DNA of 64,000 bases from an uncultured virus (IMG/VR IMGVR_UViG_3300033153_005459) (lineage: Duplodnaviria; Heunggongvirae; Uroviricota; Caudoviricetes): the IMG/VR virus record IMGVR_UViG_3300033153_005459, one strand, 5' to 3'. The notes beneath the pieces were generated by a model that saw only the letters and a program-made list of their open reading frames with translations, searched no databases and was not told where the DNA came from. The translations under genes were made by a program, and so were the position numbers. Positions 33,190-42,182 of this stretch are shown here, piece by piece; the stretch's first letter is position 1; each line of letters begins with the position of its first letter.

Positions 33190-34820
33190 GTGACAGCGGC
33201 GTACTTGAGGACCTGACGGAAGAAGAGCTTTACCTGTTCTGTATTCTTCAGGACGAGTCGGGTCTGGATCATGCCGAGTTCTCGTGGACCGACATGGACA
33301 GGGATGACATGATTTTCCGTTGTTGGGCCTTCCAATGGTCGTGGTGGAGGAACCCGGCTCCGAAGCAGATAGACCAGGCAGGTCGTTCGATCGGCAAGTC
33401 TCTATCTATCAAGGCGCGAGCGTTCGCTTTTCCGTTTATTCATCCGGGTGGCGAAATGGTTATCACTGCTCCTGAGGGTGTCCATTTGGATGCTGTCACG
33501 GATGTTGTAGAAACTTCTTTCGCTAACACTCGACTTGGGCGTGAGATGCTGGTGAAGGGACGTACAGGCGTGAAGCATCGCCCGTTCCATATGAACTTCC
33601 AGTCCGGTGCTCGTATCATGGGCCGTATCCCTCAGCGGGACGGCAAAGGCATGAAGGGCATTCACCCTATCTGGTTGGAAATGGACGAGGCTCAGGATTT
33701 CCCTGACAAGGGTTGGATTGAGATTCTTGAGACGTTGAAACGAGGTTTTGATGGTGCCCGTTGGCGCGCTCATGGTGTGACCCGTGGCGTGCGTGACTAC
33801 TTCTACAAGTTCACGCAGGCCGATTCTGGCTGGTCGATCAACCGGTACACCGGTATGCATCGTCCGACGTGGACCGATGAGGAACGACAAGACAAGATCA
33901 GCGAGTACGGGTCTAGGGACCACCCTGATTATAGACGAAACGTACTAGGTTTGCATGGTGATGCTACTAACCCACTGTTCGTTCTGCATCGTCTGATGGA
34001 GTGCGTGGACGACAACCTTGAAGAGCCGTACAATAACCACGAGTACACGAAGCTGCGCATCACAAACGAGCTTGTGTTGGAGATGGACGACGACATCTTG
34101 CCGTTGTTAGATTTCCCGGCTTCACATCTGAATTACAAGACGGTGTGGATCGGTATGGATGTTGGTTACACCAACGACCCATCCGAGATCCTTGTTTTTG
34201 CAGAGGTTGTGGACAAGAAGATCAACAAAACCGATACCGTGTTGAAACTGGTGGCGCGCATTCAACTTGAGCGCATTAGCAACCCGCATCAGGTGGCTGC
34301 GATTTTGTGGCTGATTGACTTCTACAAGCCGAAGGCGTTTGCTATGGATAAGACTGGCGTCGGTCTTCCGCTGTTTCAAGACATTCAGGCTGCGGCGGCA
34401 GCGAACCCACAATTGCGATCGTACCTTGATGCGATCAAAGGTTACGGTTTCTCGGAGAAAATTCTGGTGGACTTCGACTCAACTATTGAGGTCGATGAGT
34501 TCAGAGGTGACGCAGTTAAGGATGCAGGCATGTATAAGAACGTGCTAGAATACAGTTCTGACAAACTTCGATGGCTGGTGGACACCAAGAGGCTCAGGCT
34601 TCCTTGGGACACTGAACTGATTGGCGAATATCAGGGGCAGACCTACACTTACGACAAGTCCGTAATGGACATGTACGGACGAAGAAAAGTCTTCTCCAAG
34701 GGGAATTTCCATGCGTTGGATGCGAGCAGAATGGCGGCGCTTGGGTGGGCACAACACTCGATCGAAGCGATCACGAAAGAAGAAAGCTGGGAGCCGGTCA
34801 GGTCGATCATACTCGAATGA
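33186..34820 (+). CDS. terL: Terminase large subunit
   Basis: GRSIGKS Walker A, MDEAQD Walker B, IGMDVG nuclease motif, D.TGVG, HALDA. Confidence 0.85.
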   Translation: MSDSGVLEDLTEEELYLFCILQDESGLDHAEFSWTDMDRDDMIFRCWAFQWSWWRNPAPKQIDQAGRSIGKSLSIKARAFAFPFIHPGGEMVITAPEGVHLDAVTDVVETSFANTRLGREMLVKGRTGVKHRPFHMNFQSGARIMGRIPQRDGKGMKGIHPIWLEMDEAQDFPDKGWIEILETLKRGFDGARWRAHGVTRGVRDYFYKFTQADSGWSINRYTGMHRPTWTDEERQDKISEYGSRDHPDYRRNVLGLHGDATNPLFVLHRLMECVDDNLEEPYNNHEYTKLRITNELVLEMDDDILPLLDFPASHLNYKTVWIGMDVGYTNDPSEILVFAEVVDKKINKTDTVLKLVARIQLERISNPHQVAAILWLIDFYKPKAFAMDKTGVGLPLFQDIQAAAAANPQLRSYLDAIKGYGFSEKILVDFDSTIEVDEFRGDAVKDAGMYKNVLEYSSDKLRWLVDTKRLRLPWDTELIGEYQGQTYTYDKSVMDMYGRRKVFSKGNFHALDASRMAALGWAQHSIEAITKEESWEPVRSIILE

Positions 34821-35145
34821 TCTCTCTTGCGTTGCTTGTTCCACTACTTCTGAGGTTCGCTGGATTGACTTCAACACGCATCGTATCACGTTGTGCGACG
34901 TCTGTCTGATGTCAACAGTCGCTCGCATCACAACAGACGATCCCGATTTGCAAAGTCGGGATGGCATGTCTCAATGGTATTTGGCAGTTGAGGTCAACGA
35001 CAAAATGGTGGTTGTCTTCGATGAGGCAGTTGATTCACTGTTCAGCATTCACGGTCTAGACGATTTCCTCTCAAGTGTCAAGGAAGACCTAGATACTCAA
35101 AATAGCGACGGACAACTCCGATTGAGGTACAGTAATGGAGCTTGA
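34711..35145 (+). CDS. Hypothetical protein (CxxC...CxxC); start uncertain
   Basis: Fills the gap after terL. Confidence 0.45.
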   Translation: MRWMRAEWRRLGGHNTRSKRSRKKKAGSRSGRSYSNDLSCVACSTTSEVRWIDFNTHRITLCDVCLMSTVARITTDDPDLQSRDGMSQWYLAVEVNDKMVVVFDEAVDSLFSIHGLDDFLSSVKEDLDTQNSDGQLRLRYSNGA

Positions 35146-35476
35146 ACTAGGATTAGCCCCAAAAGCACATCAGCCAACACCTGTTAGGAGAAGCGGACGA
35201 GACGATTTGAATGGCTGGAGAGCCGAACTGGACGAGTTTTACGATGTCATGAACTGTTTTGGCGTCGATGAGGATGAAATCTTCCGTTCGCTCTCTGGCA
35301 TGTCAGCAAGAGCATCGCAGATGAGAAGTCAGGTTGTTCGCAAGGAGACTAGAGGATTACAGGTGTTTCGTACTCAAGAGGTTGATCCATTTCTCAAAGA
35401 GTGTGATAGGCAGTTCAAGATTTGGTCCAGAGTATTTTCAGTAAGTCAGTTCGAATGGGAGACAACTAGCAAATGA
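35135..35476 (+). CDS. Hypothetical protein
   Basis: GAGG RBS; ATGA overlap with portal. Confidence 0.65.
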   Translation: MELELGLAPKAHQPTPVRRSGRDDLNGWRAELDEFYDVMNCFGVDEDEIFRSLSGMSARASQMRSQVVRKETRGLQVFRTQEVDPFLKECDRQFKIWSRVFSVSQFEWETTSK

Positions 35477-37140
35477 CCGCAGGATCAGAAATCATGGTGG
35501 ACCCGGATATCGGGACAGTCGTTTTGAACGACACGGACGTTTCGTCAGATGATGTCTTCTCCGCTCTTAATGAACAGCATCCTGAGGTTGCTGCTCTGAC
35601 CCGCTGGGGTCAGCAGATTAGCGGTGGAGGGCGTGCGGGTGGAATTTTTGAACGAGATAGGTTCGTTACCCCAGACAAAGTTTTCGAACAGTTCGCAGTA
35701 GCGTTCGACGCTGCTCAGACTGATGATGTTGTGTCCGGCATTCTTGAGACGACAGAAGCGTTGGCTTTCAACAAGGCACGCATCGACTGCGAAGACCGCG
35801 ACGAAGAAGATTTCTGGAATCAGGTGTCAGATGATCTGAACCTGGAAGAACGACTCCGCGAGATTTGGCGTGAGCTATTCATAGTGTCGCAATGTTATGT
35901 TGGTGTGCTTTGGGGTACGAAGAGTTATCGTGTTCGTGGCAAGACAGCAGACGGCAACAAGAAGCGCAAGGAATTCAAGAACATGCGCGTTCCGACAGCT
36001 ATGACGATTCTTGATCCTCTCAAGGTTGTTCCTGTCGGGAATTTCTTGTTTGGACAAGAACGTCTAGCGTATGTTGTTGACAGGAACGAAGGTGCTGCTA
36101 TCGACTCGGTGCTGGCTGGCCAGAACACAAGCGATTTGGCTGTTGGTCAGCTAATTGACTCTCGATATGAACCGGATCGTGCAGAGGCGAGTCTAATAAC
36201 GAACTACTCTGGCGCAGACACCAGCAACATGTTCTGGCTCAACCCAAACCGTGTGTTCCGTATCACCTCGACACGTCCTGATTACATGCGTTTCGCTGAG
36301 GTCCGTATGAAGTCTGTGTTCGAGCTTCTCGACTTGAAGCATCAGCTTCGACAGATGGACCGTGCTCACCTGATTGGTGGCACCAACTTCATCGTGCTTG
36401 TCAAAAAGGGTTCTGACACAATGCCTGCAAAGCAGAATGAAGTCAACGCTCTGGCCGGTCAGGTCCGTGGCGCTGCTCGTGTTCCTGTCATTGTTGGCGA
36501 TCACCGTATCGAGGTTGAGATCATCACCCCGAAGACGGATCAGACGCTTGATCCTACGAGGTACAACGGTATTGATGCTCGTATCACCGCCCGTTTGTAT
36601 CAGATGTTCATGACTGGTAACTTCGCTGCTGGTGCCAAGGGCGACGATTCGCTCAAGTTGGCTCGTGTTGTTGCGAAGGGAATGGAATCTCGTCGGCAGA
36701 ACATTGGCCGCACAATGGAAGACGAAATTTTCACGAGAGCCTACAAGATGAATGAATCCAAGCTTGAAGACAAGCCTGTCCTGAATTACATCCCACGTCG
36801 TATCTCTCTAGAGTTCGATCCGAACATGACTACGTTCATGCTTGATCTTCGTGACCGTGGCGACATTTCCCGTGAGACGCTACTCGGCGAGGTTGACATC
36901 AACCAGGAAGACGAGGCACGTAAGCGTGAACGTGAGGAAGAGGACGGCTACGACGACATCTTCAAGCCTACCGAAGTACCGTTCAGCGGTCAGCCCGGTC
37001 AGCCTGGAGGTGGTCAGCCTGGAGGCGGGGCATCTCCGAAGGGTGCCGGTCGAGCCGGTGGTGGATCTGCGGGTGGCGGTGGCACTAACACCAAGTCTAC
37101 TGATTCTGGTCCGGGTCGAGGTCCTGCTAAAGAGGCGTAA
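35473..37140 (+). CDS. Portal protein
   Basis: 555 aa between terminase and head genes; G.ISRETLL..DI..E.E..KRERE C-terminal pattern; low-complexity tail. Confidence 0.75.
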   Translation: MTAGSEIMVDPDIGTVVLNDTDVSSDDVFSALNEQHPEVAALTRWGQQISGGGRAGGIFERDRFVTPDKVFEQFAVAFDAAQTDDVVSGILETTEALAFNKARIDCEDRDEEDFWNQVSDDLNLEERLREIWRELFIVSQCYVGVLWGTKSYRVRGKTADGNKKRKEFKNMRVPTAMTILDPLKVVPVGNFLFGQERLAYVVDRNEGAAIDSVLAGQNTSDLAVGQLIDSRYEPDRAEASLITNYSGADTSNMFWLNPNRVFRITSTRPDYMRFAEVRMKSVFELLDLKHQLRQMDRAHLIGGTNFIVLVKKGSDTMPAKQNEVNALAGQVRGAARVPVIVGDHRIEVEIITPKTDQTLDPTRYNGIDARITARLYQMFMTGNFAAGAKGDDSLKLARVVAKGMESRRQNIGRTMEDEIFTRAYKMNESKLEDKPVLNYIPRRISLEFDPNMTTFMLDLRDRGDISRETLLGEVDINQEDEARKREREEEDGYDDIFKPTEVPFSGQPGQPGGGQPGGGASPKGAGRAGGGSAGGGGTNTKSTDSGPGRGPAKEA

Positions 37141-37691
37141 TGAAGCGTCGACTGTCTGGGTATTCGGGCAGCCACTTGTACACGGAGGTGTACAAATGTG
37201 CTAGCACATCTCTCTCTCGGTTTTTCATAGAGCAGGGATGGTCGCGTTTCGATCTGTGCAGTGTGCGTCCTGTGGAGGCAGAAGGCTTCGTTGTCGTGCG
37301 TGAGCCTTTCTCGCGCTATGTCTCTGGCGTGCTGTGGTATTGGCATGTAGTGCATGGCTTGGACCGTAGAATCCCTGGATTCATCAACGACCTACACGAG
37401 TTCTTGCAGAACGAGATCAAAGAAGGCCCACGAGTTGTTGACCATCACACAGAACCTCAATGGTGGAGCCATGCATGGGCTGACAAGGTGTTCTCTTTGG
37501 ATGACCGTCTAGGAGACAGACTCACTGATTATCTGCAAATTCCGGTGGCATTGGGTAAATGGAATGCTTCGGATAGTGTAGAGGCTGATACGTTTGTAGA
37601 AATGCTTGGCGACGTAGGACGTCAGAAGGTATTGGAGTTCTACGACAGGGATCTGGAAATTTTCAATCTGTCTAGTGTGATTGACCGATAG
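37140..37691 (+). CDS. Sulfotransferase (Sulfotransfer_2-like) inside the head module
   Basis: VYKCASTS, FVVVREPFSRYVSG, DHH.EPQ, V.EFY..D.E.F. Confidence 0.7.
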   Translation: MKRRLSGYSGSHLYTEVYKCASTSLSRFFIEQGWSRFDLCSVRPVEAEGFVVVREPFSRYVSGVLWYWHVVHGLDRRIPGFINDLHEFLQNEIKEGPRVVDHHTEPQWWSHAWADKVFSLDDRLGDRLTDYLQIPVALGKWNASDSVEADTFVEMLGDVGRQKVLEFYDRDLEIFNLSSVIDR

Positions 37692-37698
37692 TCTACGT

Positions 37699-39153
37699 AT
37701 GAGCATCGTTGTCCCAGGTTCCCGTTCGTATTTCCTTGGCGCACGTGCGCGGGTCATTGACGACCAGAAGGAACTAGCCGCAGAGAACTGGTACAGCGAT
37801 CACATCGCTGCTAACTCTGCTTTGAAGTGGATCGTTGGCCGTTATGTAGAAGCTGACAACCCGAACCAGAATCGTCAGATGTGGACTCATGCTGACTTGA
37901 CGATGGCTGAGCCTACTATTCAGTATGCTCCGATGAACCTGCTTCACGATCAAAAGAACATCGTTGGTACATTCACGAACACGTCGATGATGTACCCAAC
38001 TGATGAACTTGCGCAAGAAGGCGTTAACCCTTGGATCGAAGCTCTGGGTGCTTTCTGGAAAGCATATTTCCCAGAGGAACTAGAGCTTGTTGAACGCGCA
38101 CATGCCGAAGGAGCTTTGTTTTTCTCGATGGAGTGCATCGGTGAGAGCGTCACATTCCATACTGCTGATATGGGCGAGAACGAAACGTTCCCATTCAAGG
38201 GAGCGTTCCACGAGTCTTACGGCGATTGGAACAAGACAGAGAACGCTATTCGTCAGATCAACAACCCGCATTTCTTGGGCGGAGCATTGATTCTGCCTCC
38301 TACTCAGCCTGGCTGGAAAGGTGCAGAGATCACAGATATTTCCAGGTATGTAAAGCAACATGCGGCCGAAGCGGAAGAGGTCTATAACTCTATTGAGGCC
38401 GACTCTCCGCACTTATCTTCGCATCAAATTGAGGAAGTAATGCTCGGATTCTTGCAGAAAGGTATTGATTCATCTGATGGAAATTCAATTGTTTCTGATC
38501 AGAAGACGAAAGAAGACTTGACAGAGCACGACCGTGCCCTGTCTGAGAGTGACTCCGAAAGGGAGGGTGACACGGTGACTGATACTTACACCGAAGCCGA
38601 GTTCCAGGCTGCTGTCGCTGAGGCGTTGGCTCCGGTCATGGCTGAACTTGAGACTTTGAAGATGTCTGCTGATGCAGATGCCGTCGAACTCAAGATCGCT
38701 GAGATCCGAGAGGCCGCTGAAGTGCAGGTAGCTGAACTTGAGAAGAAGCTCGATACTGCCGTGCTTGAAGCACAGGCAGCTACTGAAGAGCGTGACGCCG
38801 TGGTAGCGTGGTTGGATGCAGAGGCTGTTGCTTCCGCTGAAGCCGCTGAAATTGCTGCACGTCGTGACGAGCGACTCACCCAGGTTAAGGACACTGCGTC
38901 CTTCCCTGCGGAGTACCTAGAGGCTAACGCTGAGCGTTGGGCTTCTATGGACGATGAGACGTTCGAAGCTCTTCTAGCTGATTATGCGGCAGCGTCGATT
39001 AAGTCTGATGATGAGGATGAGGACAAGTCGTCTGATTCCGATGACACATTGGGTGAGACTGCCATGAAGGCAGGTCGTGAAGATGGCTCTACGGAGATGA
39101 CGATGGGTGCAACCCTGGCTCAGCTTCGTAAGGTTGATCTCTCGACGCTCTGA
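37699..39153 (+). CDS. Capsid maturation protease/scaffold fusion
   Basis: N.N, PMNLLH, FSMEC, F.G.ALI in the N-terminal part; acidic Ala/Glu coiled-coil C-terminus; position. Confidence 0.7.
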   Translation: MSIVVPGSRSYFLGARARVIDDQKELAAENWYSDHIAANSALKWIVGRYVEADNPNQNRQMWTHADLTMAEPTIQYAPMNLLHDQKNIVGTFTNTSMMYPTDELAQEGVNPWIEALGAFWKAYFPEELELVERAHAEGALFFSMECIGESVTFHTADMGENETFPFKGAFHESYGDWNKTENAIRQINNPHFLGGALILPPTQPGWKGAEITDISRYVKQHAAEAEEVYNSIEADSPHLSSHQIEEVMLGFLQKGIDSSDGNSIVSDQKTKEDLTEHDRALSESDSEREGDTVTDTYTEAEFQAAVAEALAPVMAELETLKMSADADAVELKIAEIREAAEVQVAELEKKLDTAVLEAQAATEERDAVVAWLDAEAVASAEAAEIAARRDERLTQVKDTASFPAEYLEANAERWASMDDETFEALLADYAAASIKSDDEDEDKSSDSDDTLGETAMKAGREDGSTEMTMGATLAQLRKVDLSTL

Positions 39154-39172
39154 TACCGGAGGGTTGATATAG

Positions 39173-39760
39173 ATGAGCAATTATGGACGGAACTTCGAGT
39201 TCCGCACACCGCCACAGTCGAGCCAGCGCTCGGGTAGGCATTTCCTCGATCAGGCTGCTGTTCCAATTGGCGCCCCGGTTGAGTATGCTACCACGGGTAC
39301 GCTTGGTGTGGCAAATGCACTTGGTTTGGAACCAGTTGTTCTGGCGGATTCAACACCGGCAACAGAACGACCACTAGCCGGTGAGGCTGGTATTGCAGTA
39401 TACGAGTATGGTCCAGCAGCGTTTGCTGGGAATGATCCGTTCCTCACTACTTATAGTGACCTTGATGTTGTGCCAGCAGGCGCAGCAGTTCAGGTTGTTA
39501 GCGGTAATGATGTTAAGGTTGTTCTTCGCAATACGGATGATGAGACCTTCTTGAACACACGTGACTATACAGGTCGAGTAATGGTTGCAGGTTCGCCTGC
39601 TACTGTTAGTCTCATTGTTGGTGACTATTTGATTCCCGGTACCGGAAACGATACTGATGGATATTGGACCGAAACTGCGGCAACACAGGCTAACGCTTGG
39701 CTCGTAGTTACTAAGGTAGACGCAGATCGGCAGGAATTCGAATGCCGACTGACGTTCTAA
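39173..39760 (+). CDS. Head decoration/cement protein
   Basis: Lies between scaffold and capsid genes; beta-rich; GGAGG RBS. Confidence 0.55.
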   Translation: MSNYGRNFEFRTPPQSSQRSGRHFLDQAAVPIGAPVEYATTGTLGVANALGLEPVVLADSTPATERPLAGEAGIAVYEYGPAAFAGNDPFLTTYSDLDVVPAGAAVQVVSGNDVKVVLRNTDDETFLNTRDYTGRVMVAGSPATVSLIVGDYLIPGTGNDTDGYWTETAATQANAWLVVTKVDADRQEFECRLTF

Positions 39761-39773
39761 GGGGGATTGACAA

Positions 39774-40730
39774 ATGGTAAACTCTACTTACATCGATCCA
39801 TACGGTCGTGACATTGAAGAGCGTAAGGCTCTTCGGGAAGCACGCGATAAGCTGAACGAAATCGCCGCTAAGAACTGGGATGACCCAGCTTGGCGTCGAG
39901 AGATGGCTCAGGAAATGACTGAGACTATCTTCGAAGGCTTTACACACGAAAACCTACTTGCCCTGTTGGCTGAGGTCGAGAACGCACCGTTCGATGGCCG
40001 AGTCTTCGTCAAGGAAGTTCGTGGTCTACGTGCATTCTGGGTCGCTCGTGGTGGTCACATTGAGGCCAGCACGCTCAAGGCGCAGGTCATGGAGATCCCT
40101 CGGGATACCATTGGCTTCCATGTCTACGACTTTGAAGACAAGCTCCGCACAAACTTCTCTGAGACACAGACGACTCTGATCGATCTGGGTATTCAGCGGA
40201 TGGATGCTGAGATCAACCAGCGAGTCCTGGCTACGTTCCAGGCCGCTATTCCAAGTTCGTCCGCCTTCTATCTCACAACTTCGGGTGTGGATCTTGGCAC
40301 TGTCAACACGGCTCTCCGTGAGGTCCGTGACGAGTCCAAGACATTCGAAATTACGATTATTGGGCGCTCGACTATGACAGAGCAGTTCATTGATCAACTG
40401 CTTGGCACAACGAACAACGGCTCCGGTTTCATTCCTGAAACCAACGAGGCGATGATTCAACGTGGTGTGCTCGGTGTATACCGTGGTGCACGCATTGTTA
40501 CCCTCAAGAACTACGAGGATGACAATGACGTCAGCTTCTTCCCAGCAAATGAGATGTACATTATGTCTCGTGATGCTTCGAAGTTCGCCTTCTGGGGCGG
40601 TCTTCTTTCGAAGGAGTACGTTGAGCAGGACAACTGGTACTGGCATTTCCTTGCCCGCCGAGACTTCGGTGGCGTCGTACATCGCCCAGCGCGAGCACGT
40701 CGTTACGTTGACTCTAACCTAGCTGCCTGA
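39774..40730 (+). CDS. Major capsid protein
   Basis: 318 aa; GVLGVYRGARIV and final G..V.RP pattern; followed by a strong terminator. Confidence 0.75.
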   Translation: MVNSTYIDPYGRDIEERKALREARDKLNEIAAKNWDDPAWRREMAQEMTETIFEGFTHENLLALLAEVENAPFDGRVFVKEVRGLRAFWVARGGHIEASTLKAQVMEIPRDTIGFHVYDFEDKLRTNFSETQTTLIDLGIQRMDAEINQRVLATFQAAIPSSSAFYLTTSGVDLGTVNTALREVRDESKTFEITIIGRSTMTEQFIDQLLGTTNNGSGFIPETNEAMIQRGVLGVYRGARIVTLKNYEDDNDVSFFPANEMYIMSRDASKFAFWGGLLSKEYVEQDNWYWHFLARRDFGGVVHRPARARRYVDSNLAA

Positions 40731-40764
40731 TAGGTCTCTAGGAAGCAAGTGAAGCTACGCATTC

Positions 40765-40790
40765 GGCCCACCCTTCGGGGTGGGTCTTTG
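40765..40790 (+). terminator. Intrinsic terminator after the capsid gene
   Basis: GGCCCACCC-TTCG-GGGTGGGTC-TTT. Confidence 0.85.
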
Positions 40791-40893
40791 CGCGTTTAAG
40801 GTTTCCCGACAGGAAGTAAGTTGGGGAGTTTCGGCTCCCTTTCTTACATTTTGGTGCTATAATGACGATTACCCCGGTCTATGGAGGATATTT

Positions 40894-41421
40894 ATGGCTA
40901 AGAAAGAGTTTGAAACTTGGGAGTCCGCTATCAAGGGGACTATTGGTGTGAAGAAGTTTGATCGTCGCGGTGATCTCGCTACTGAGATTGTTCGTGGTGG
41001 TCGTCTGCTTCATTTGACCCCTGATGAACGTCGGTACAACACGGAGAGAGCCGCTACTCCGGGTCAGGACCCGTTCAGTAACGGAATGCTGGTTCCTGTG
41101 ACTTTGCTAGATGATTCTGAGGATGCTGCGATGATTGCAGCGAATCCGAACGTATTGTCTGCTGATGATCTAGAGGCTTTGTTTTCGTTGCATTGGAAGA
41201 AGTTTGATGGCGAGTTGTCGCATATCACGAACGTGTCTGCGTTGACTCGTTTGATGGAGATGGCAACTGATGCTGACGCTACTGTCCGTCAGATGAATTC
41301 GATCAAGTCTCGGATTGCTGCGGTTGATCCGTCTATCCTGTTGGATGACGCTTCTGGCAACACGGTTACTTCTTTCGGTGAGCCGAAAGAGGGTCCAATG
41401 AAGGCGATTACGCCTTCCTGA
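40894..41421 (+). CDS. Hypothetical virion-associated protein
   Basis: TGCTATAAT and GGAGG upstream. Confidence 0.65.
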   Translation: MAKKEFETWESAIKGTIGVKKFDRRGDLATEIVRGGRLLHLTPDERRYNTERAATPGQDPFSNGMLVPVTLLDDSEDAAMIAANPNVLSADDLEALFSLHWKKFDGELSHITNVSALTRLMEMATDADATVRQMNSIKSRIAAVDPSILLDDASGNTVTSFGEPKEGPMKAITPS

Positions 41422-41504
41422 GTTCGCAGGCTTGACGTGCCCGGTTACCTCCAGGGATCGGGTAATGCGGCAGTGTAGGTCGGTAGTCGCTAGTCGCCTG
41501 TTTT

Positions 41505-41545
41505 GAAGGGAGGGACGTCCATTGAGACGATCCCTCCCTTCTTCG
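41505..41545 (+). terminator. Terminator-like hairpin
   Basis: GAAGGGAGGGA-CGTC...GACG-A-TCCCTCCCTTC. Confidence 0.6.
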
Positions 41546-41657
41546 CGTCCGTGCTGTATAATCGGTTGTGGTTTGCCGATGCTTCTAGGGAAGGACGACG
41601 CGTTCCCTGTTGGCCTTCATATCCAGAATGCATTTCTGATGGAGGTATGGGATAAAT

Positions 41658-42086
41658 ATGGCTAACGCACTTTATGGCCTGGGTAGACAGGCTTTTCTAG
41701 AAGCAGACATTGATTGGACTGTTGGCGTGATTCGCGCTGTTCTTGTAGATACTACAGGTGACGGTCCTGGCGCTGGTTACACAGTCAGCATTGATGTTCA
41801 CAACGCATACGACGATTTGGGTACCAACGTTGTTGATACTGAGTCTGCGGCTTTCACTACCAAGACCGCTACTCTTGGCACAGCAGATGCTGATGACATT
41901 ACGTTCACAACGGTTGCTTCTCCTGTTACGATCGAAGCTATTGTGATCTTCTTGGACACTGGTACTGCTACGACGGATCTTTTGATTGCGTATATTGATA
42001 CAGCTACAGGTCTACCGGTCACCGCAAACAACGGCGACATTACGGTCACTTGGGATTCTGGCGCAGACAAAATCTTCACTCTCTGA
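41658..42086 (+). CDS. Virion structural protein
   Basis: MANALY..G...F...IDW ... GLPVT.N.GDITVTW.SG..KIF.L, a recognisable phage structural family. Confidence 0.75.
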   Translation: MANALYGLGRQAFLEADIDWTVGVIRAVLVDTTGDGPGAGYTVSIDVHNAYDDLGTNVVDTESAAFTTKTATLGTADADDITFTTVASPVTIEAIVIFLDTGTATTDLLIAYIDTATGLPVTANNGDITVTWDSGADKIFTL

Positions 42087-42182
42087 TCGTTCATCCGAGA
42101 CAGGACGAGGGGTTGGCCTCTGGTTGACCTTTCGCACACCGGAGGGTGAATGATGGCTGATGATGTAACTGGGAGGTAAACG

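Noticed and set aside
40026..40682. Long antisense ORFs over structural genes (also 44477-45124, 50594-51355, 57366-58097)
   Set aside because: They lie entirely opposite well-supported genes, have no RBS or recognisable motifs, and are expected from codon bias.
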